Positions 27,787 through 32,000 of a stretch of 32,000 nt of DNA are shown one piece after another. The translations under genes and the position numbers were made by a program. The stretch's first letter is position 1. Every line of letters starts with the position of its first letter. The DNA is from Candidatus Methylomirabilis oxygeniifera (lineage in GTDB: Bacteria > Methylomirabilota > Methylomirabilia > Methylomirabilales > Methylomirabilaceae): the NCBI GenBank assembly GCA_000091165.1, contig FP565575.1, forward strand, positions 1,110,001 to 1,142,000, written 5' to 3'. The notes under the pieces were generated by a model that saw nothing but the letters and a program-made list of their open reading frames with translations, made no database searches and was not told the DNA's origin.

Positions 27787-28583
27787 GGAAAGGCCGTCGC
27801 CGACGTGGGGTCTACCTGCTGCCGAGTCTGCTAACCATCAGCAGCCTGCTGTGCGGGGTCTACGCGATCGTTGCCGTTTACAACGACGAGTACACCCGCT
27901 CGGCCACCGCGATCCTCATTGCGCTGATTTTGGACGGCCTCGACGGGGCTGTCGCCCGGCTGACTAATACTCAGAGCGATTTCGGCGTACAGCTCGATTC
28001 GTTGGCGGACCTGGTTGCGTTCGGCGTTGCACCCGCTATCCTCTCCTATGCGTGGGCCATTAAGCCCTACACCAAGATGGGGTGGTTGTTCGGATCGATC
28101 ATCCCGACAGCGCTGTTCGTCGCGAGCGGCGCTTTCAGATTGGCGCGTTTCAACGTTCAGACACAGACACTCGATAAGCGCTATTTTGTCGGCCTGCCGA
28201 TTCCGGCGGCTGCGGCGGTGATCGCCTCCTTTATACTGTTCATGCGGGAGTCGACTTCGCTGGTCCTCTTTGAGCACGAGTGGCTCTCGGATCGGGCGAT
28301 GTCCGTGCTGATGGTCGTGAGCGTCTATGCTCTGTCGTTCTTAATGGTCTGTCGACTCCGGTACCGCAGCCTGAAAGGAATAGAGATCAAGAAGCGTCAA
28401 CCCTTCGCGCTCCTTATCGGTTTGACGCTCGTGGTTCTAGTCATCGCTTCAGAACCTCGCGTGGTGGCCTTTTCGTTCTTTTCCCTCTACGCCCTGTCCG
28501 GTGTCATTCGCATGATTCCGCCAATTAGAGGACATGTGTCAGAGCCTATTGAACATGTCCTCGGTGGAGAAGGTAGACCATAG
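27783..28583 (+). CDS. pssA: CDP-diacylglycerol--serine O-phosphatidyltransferase
   Basis: LDGLDGAVARLTNTQSDFGVQLDSLADLVAFGVAPA (CDP-alcohol phosphotransferase motif). ATGA overlap with psd. Confidence 0.95.
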   Translation: MRKGRRRRGVYLLPSLLTISSLLCGVYAIVAVYNDEYTRSATAILIALILDGLDGAVARLTNTQSDFGVQLDSLADLVAFGVAPAILSYAWAIKPYTKMGWLFGSIIPTALFVASGAFRLARFNVQTQTLDKRYFVGLPIPAAAAVIASFILFMRESTSLVLFEHEWLSDRAMSVLMVVSVYALSFLMVCRLRYRSLKGIEIKKRQPFALLIGLTLVVLVIASEPRVVAFSFFSLYALSGVIRMIPPIRGHVSEPIEHVLGGEGRP

Positions 28584-28689
28584 GGGTAGTCCGTCATTCC
28601 GAACTTGACCAGTAATCCAATGTCTTTCGAGGTTTTCGCTCCCGGCTCCAAGCATGCGGGGAGAAGAAGATGTATGGCCAGGGGATAAG

Positions 28690-30237
28690 ATGAGCAAGCG
28701 GATTCTGATCTTCGACACCACGCTGAGAGACGGCGAGCAGGCGCCGGGTTGCAGCATGAATACCCGGGAGAAGCTGGAGATGGCCAGGCAACTGGCGCGT
28801 CTGAAGGTCGACGTGATCGAGGCCGGCTTCGCCATCGCTTCGGAAGACGACTTTGAAGCGGTCAAGACGATCTCCCAGAACCTGAAGGGCGGGCCGATCA
28901 TTGCCAGCCTCTGCCGGACTCGTGACCTCGACATCGACCGCGCCTGGGAGGCGCTGCAATATGCCGATCGCGCAAGGATCCACATCTTCATCGCAACCTC
29001 AGAGATTCACATCACCTACAAGCTGAAATCGACCCAGGAAGAGGTCTTGCAGGCTGCCGTGACAGCGGTGAAACATGCCAGGCGTTATACCGACGATGTC
29101 GAGTTTTCTCCCGAGGATGCCCATCGGAGCGAGCAGGATTTTCTCTGCAAGGTTGTTGAGGAGGTGATCAGGGCGGGCGCCACCACGATCAACATTCCCG
29201 ATACGGTCGGCTATGGCGTCCCATGGGAATTCGGGGCGAGGATCAAGGACCTATTCGACCGCGTGCCCAACATCGACAAAGCGGTCATAAGCTGCCACTG
29301 TCATAACGATCTCGGGTTGGCGGTGGCGAATTCGCTGGAGGCGGTGCGAAACGGAGCCGGACAGGTCGAATGCACCATTAACGGAATCGGTGAGCGCGCC
29401 GGAAACGCGTCGCTCGAAGAGATCGTCATGGCGCTTCGGACGCGAAAAGACCTGCTCGACTTTGAGACCGGTATCAACACAGAGGAGATCTATCGGTCGA
29501 GCAGGCTGCTCACCAGCATCATCGGGGTCCCCGTCCAGCCGAACAAGGCCATTGTCGGCGCCAATGCCTTCGCACACGAGGCCGGCGTGCACCAACACGG
29601 CATGCTGCAGAAGCCGCTGACCTACGAGATCATGACCCCGGAGTCGGTGGGAGTTCCCCGAAGTCGACTGGTGCTTGGCAAACATTCCGGGCGGCATGCG
29701 TTTAAGAAGCGGCTGGATGAGTTGGGCGTCATGTTGCCGGAAGAGGCCGTGAACCGGGCCTTTATCCGTTTTAAGGTCGTGGCCGATAAGAAGAAAGAGG
29801 TGTTCGACGACGACCTGTTGGCCATCGTCGAAGAGGAGGCACTGGCCGCCGGCGAGACCTACATCCTTGACCATCTGCAGTTTACCAGCGGCACAAATCT
29901 CATCCCGACTGCCACCGTACGGCTCAAGCGCGAGAACGAGACGCTCCAGGAGTCTGGCTGGGGTGACGGTCCGGTGGACGCAGCATACAAAGCGATCGAC
30001 CAGATTACGAAGGTCCAAGGACGGCTGGCCGACTATTCGATCAGAGCCATCACAGGCGGCAAGGACGCGCTAGGCGAGGTAGTCCTGAAGCTGGAGGTCA
30101 ATGGTCACACCGTGATCGGCAAAGGCAGTTCGACCGATGTCATCGAGGCCAGCGTCAGGGCGTACTTAAACGCGATCAACAAGATCATCGGCGCCGAGCG
30201 GCCGCCAAAGGATACGGCTGCGCCGAGAGGACTGTGA
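28690..30237 (+). CDS. leuA: 2-isopropylmalate synthase
   Basis: RILIFDTTLRDGEQAPGCSMNTREK, HCHNDLGLAVANSLEAVRNGAGQVECTINGIGERAGNASLEE, AHEAGVHQHGMLQ. Confidence 0.97.
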   Translation: MSKRILIFDTTLRDGEQAPGCSMNTREKLEMARQLARLKVDVIEAGFAIASEDDFEAVKTISQNLKGGPIIASLCRTRDLDIDRAWEALQYADRARIHIFIATSEIHITYKLKSTQEEVLQAAVTAVKHARRYTDDVEFSPEDAHRSEQDFLCKVVEEVIRAGATTINIPDTVGYGVPWEFGARIKDLFDRVPNIDKAVISCHCHNDLGLAVANSLEAVRNGAGQVECTINGIGERAGNASLEEIVMALRTRKDLLDFETGINTEEIYRSSRLLTSIIGVPVQPNKAIVGANAFAHEAGVHQHGMLQKPLTYEIMTPESVGVPRSRLVLGKHSGRHAFKKRLDELGVMLPEEAVNRAFIRFKVVADKKKEVFDDDLLAIVEEEALAAGETYILDHLQFTSGTNLIPTATVRLKRENETLQESGWGDGPVDAAYKAIDQITKVQGRLADYSIRAITGGKDALGEVVLKLEVNGHTVIGKGSSTDVIEASVRAYLNAINKIIGAERPPKDTAAPRGL

Positions 30238-30255
30238 CGGCGAGGGCGTGACATC

Positions 30256-31275
30256 ATGAGTAAAGCTTATACGGTTGCAGTCGTCGGAGCTACCGGTGCG
30301 GTCGGAGAGACGATGCTTCAACTGCTGGAGGAACGGAACTTTCCCGTCCGGCAACTGAAGCTCTTGGCCTCCGAGCGGTCCGCCGGAAAGAGTCTGACCT
30401 TTCTGGGGGAGGAGATCAAGGTCGAGCAGCTTAGTGAGCGTTCGTTCCAAGGGATTGAGATTGCTCTGTTCTCTGCGGGCGCCACCCGCAGTCAGCAGTT
30501 TGCTCCGGCAGCCGTCAAGGCCGGTGCAATCGTCATCGATAACAGCTCCGCGTTCCGGATGGACCCGGAGATCCCGCTTGTTGTTCCGGAGATTAATCCG
30601 GACGCACTTGCCGGATATCAGGATCGGGGCATCATCGCTAACCCTAACTGCACCACGATCGTCATGCTCATGCCGCTCAAGCCGCTGCACGACTATGGCC
30701 GCGTCAGGCGCATCGTTGCCTCGAGCTACCAGGCGGTGTCCGGTGCTGGAGCAAAGGGAATCGAAGAGCTGAGACGGCAGACTCTGGCCTGGGCCAGGGG
30801 TGAGTCGATCGAGATCGGGGCATTCCCTAAACAAATTGCATTCAACGTGATTCCTCATATCGACACATTTCAGCCGAACGGCTACACGAAGGAAGAGTTA
30901 AAGCTTGTCTTCGAGACCCGAAAGATCCTGGGAGACGAAACGATCGGGGTCTCACCGACGACCGTGCGCGTCCCCGTGTTTACCGCTCACTCCATCTCCA
31001 TGAACGTCGAGACAGAGCGGAAGATCGGGGTAGAGAAGGCAAAGGAGTTACTTTCGAAAATGCCGGGACTCGTCGTATTCGATGACCCGGCAGCAGGCCG
31101 TTACCCGATGCCGGTTCTCGCGGCCGGTAAGGACGACTGCTTTGTAGGTCGGATCAGAGAAGATCTTTCGAACGATCACGCCCTCAATCTCTGGGTGGTG
31201 GGAGACCAGCTTCGAAAAGGGGCGGCCCTGAATGCCATCCAGATTGCCGAGCTGCTAGTCGACCGATATCTGTGA
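30256..31275 (+). CDS. asd: Aspartate-semialdehyde dehydrogenase
   Basis: VAVVGATGAVGETMLQLLEER, IVIDNSSAFRMDPEIPLVVPEINP, NPNCTTIVMLMPLKPLHD. Confidence 0.97.
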   Translation: MSKAYTVAVVGATGAVGETMLQLLEERNFPVRQLKLLASERSAGKSLTFLGEEIKVEQLSERSFQGIEIALFSAGATRSQQFAPAAVKAGAIVIDNSSAFRMDPEIPLVVPEINPDALAGYQDRGIIANPNCTTIVMLMPLKPLHDYGRVRRIVASSYQAVSGAGAKGIEELRRQTLAWARGESIEIGAFPKQIAFNVIPHIDTFQPNGYTKEELKLVFETRKILGDETIGVSPTTVRVPVFTAHSISMNVETERKIGVEKAKELLSKMPGLVVFDDPAAGRYPMPVLAAGKDDCFVGRIREDLSNDHALNLWVVGDQLRKGAALNAIQIAELLVDRYL

Positions 31276-31466
31276 ATCTACTGAGGGCTCATCCCCTTCG
31301 GCTTACCGTGAATTCGTCATACCGGCGAAAGTCGGTATCCAGAAGGCCCCACTGGGTTCTCCCGTATCCAGTGCGACGCAGGCGCGTCAAACATGGAATG
31401 ACGGGCCAGAATAGACGCCGACCTCTTACGGTTTCCTCCTTACCCCTTACGGCTTCTCAAAGTGTG

Positions 31467-32000
31467 ATGACGACGTTTAAGTTAACGATCGAATATGATG
31501 GAACCGACTATCATGGCTGGCAAGTCCAGCCCGGGATGACGACTATTCAAGGAACGCTACAGGGGGCTGTTGCGCGAATTGTCGGGAAAGATGTCCATGT
31601 GATGGGCGCGGGGCGAACCGACGCCGGCGTCCACGCCCATGGTCAGGTCGCCAGCCTTCGTACTGAATTTCATCATCCACCGGACACCTTCCGGCGAGCC
31701 TTGACCAGCGTACTGCCGTCGGACATTGTGGTGACGGCGGTAGAGGAGATGGACGACGACTTTCATGCCCAGTACTCGGCTCAGTGGAAACGGTACCGGT
31801 ATAGCCTGCTCACGCGACCGTACCCCTCCGCCATCGAACGTCGCTACACCTTATTTGTTCCTTACCCTCTGCAGACAGATGCCATGGCTGTCGCCGCAGG
31901 AAGTCTGGTCGGTACCCACGATTTCAGTGCCTTTCAAGCCGCTCACAGCTCCGCAGAGTCTCCCGTCCGGACGGTCTTGGTGGCTGAGTTCCGGCAGCAT
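31467..32000 (+). CDS. truA: tRNA pseudouridine(38-40) synthase, truncated by the window edge
   Basis: Manual translation from ATG 31467: MTTFKLTIEYDGTDYHGWQVQPG...GAGRTDAGVHAHGQVAS...SAQWKRYRYSL...GTHDFSAF; open to the window end, absent from the track. Confidence 0.95.
   Translation, partial: MTTFKLTIEYDGTDYHGWQVQPGMTTIQGTLQGAVARIVGKDVHVMGAGRTDAGVHAHGQVASLRTEFHHPPDTFRRALTSVLPSDIVVTAVEEMDDDFHAQYSAQWKRYRYSLLTRPYPSAIERRYTLFVPYPLQTDAMAVAAGSLVGTHDFSAFQAAHSSAESPVRTVLVAEFRQH

Noticed and set aside
30166-30858. 230-aa minus-strand ORF over leuA/asd and similar long antisense ORFs (e.g. 17445..18182, 20413..21180, 29251..30018)
   Set aside because: Antisense to strongly supported core genes in GC-rich DNA.
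31316-31403. Second dispersed palindromic repeat after asd (CGTCATACCGGCG...GGAATGACG)
   Set aside because: Looks like a generic intergenic repeat, but the arms are short and imperfect, so it was not listed as a firm feature.
1-32000. CRISPR array, tRNA, rRNA
   Set aside because: No regularly spaced direct repeats, CCA-ending cloverleaf or rRNA core sequence was recognised by eye; a tRNAscan/Infernal run would be decisive.

Overview
This 32 kb bacterial window has three parts. (A) About 1-16 kb, almost all on the minus strand, is an accessory locus. It holds a CHASE2-domain sensor histidine kinase and an NtrC-type (sigma54-activating) response regulator. It also holds a FecR/TPR/beta-barrel fusion protein of 1220 aa, a LuxR-type HTH-only regulator, a calpain-like (C2) cysteine peptidase, a caspase/gingipain-like (clan CD-like) putative peptidase, a DoxX-like membrane protein and several small ORFs. 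Four minus-strand promoters share one architecture that I could read directly: a near-identical -24/-12 sigma54 element (TTGGCAYGNNNCTTGTT) and, 109-112 bp upstream, a 37-bp four-box enhancer array (TGAAAC-N4/5-TGTTTCA-N4-GTTTCA-N3-TGAAACA). They precede the small ORF plus calpain gene, the DoxX-like gene, the LuxR-like gene and the caspase-like gene. This looks like a compact two-component/sigma54 regulon controlling two unrelated cysteine peptidases, and it is the best candidate here for an undescribed system. (B) 16.3-21.8 kb is core: recA, pilT-like, recX, alaS. (C) 21.776-26.962 kb is a 5.19-kb transposable unit with perfect 19-bp terminal inverted repeats and an 8-bp target duplication (CGGAATCC). 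It carries an IS1-like transposase, an SfiI-like restriction enzyme with its methyltransferase, an XRE-ImmA/IrrE gene with a partner, and a small basic protein with an apparently leaderless promoter. After it come the core genes psd, pssA, leuA, asd and truA (partial). No tRNA, rRNA or CRISPR array was recognised.
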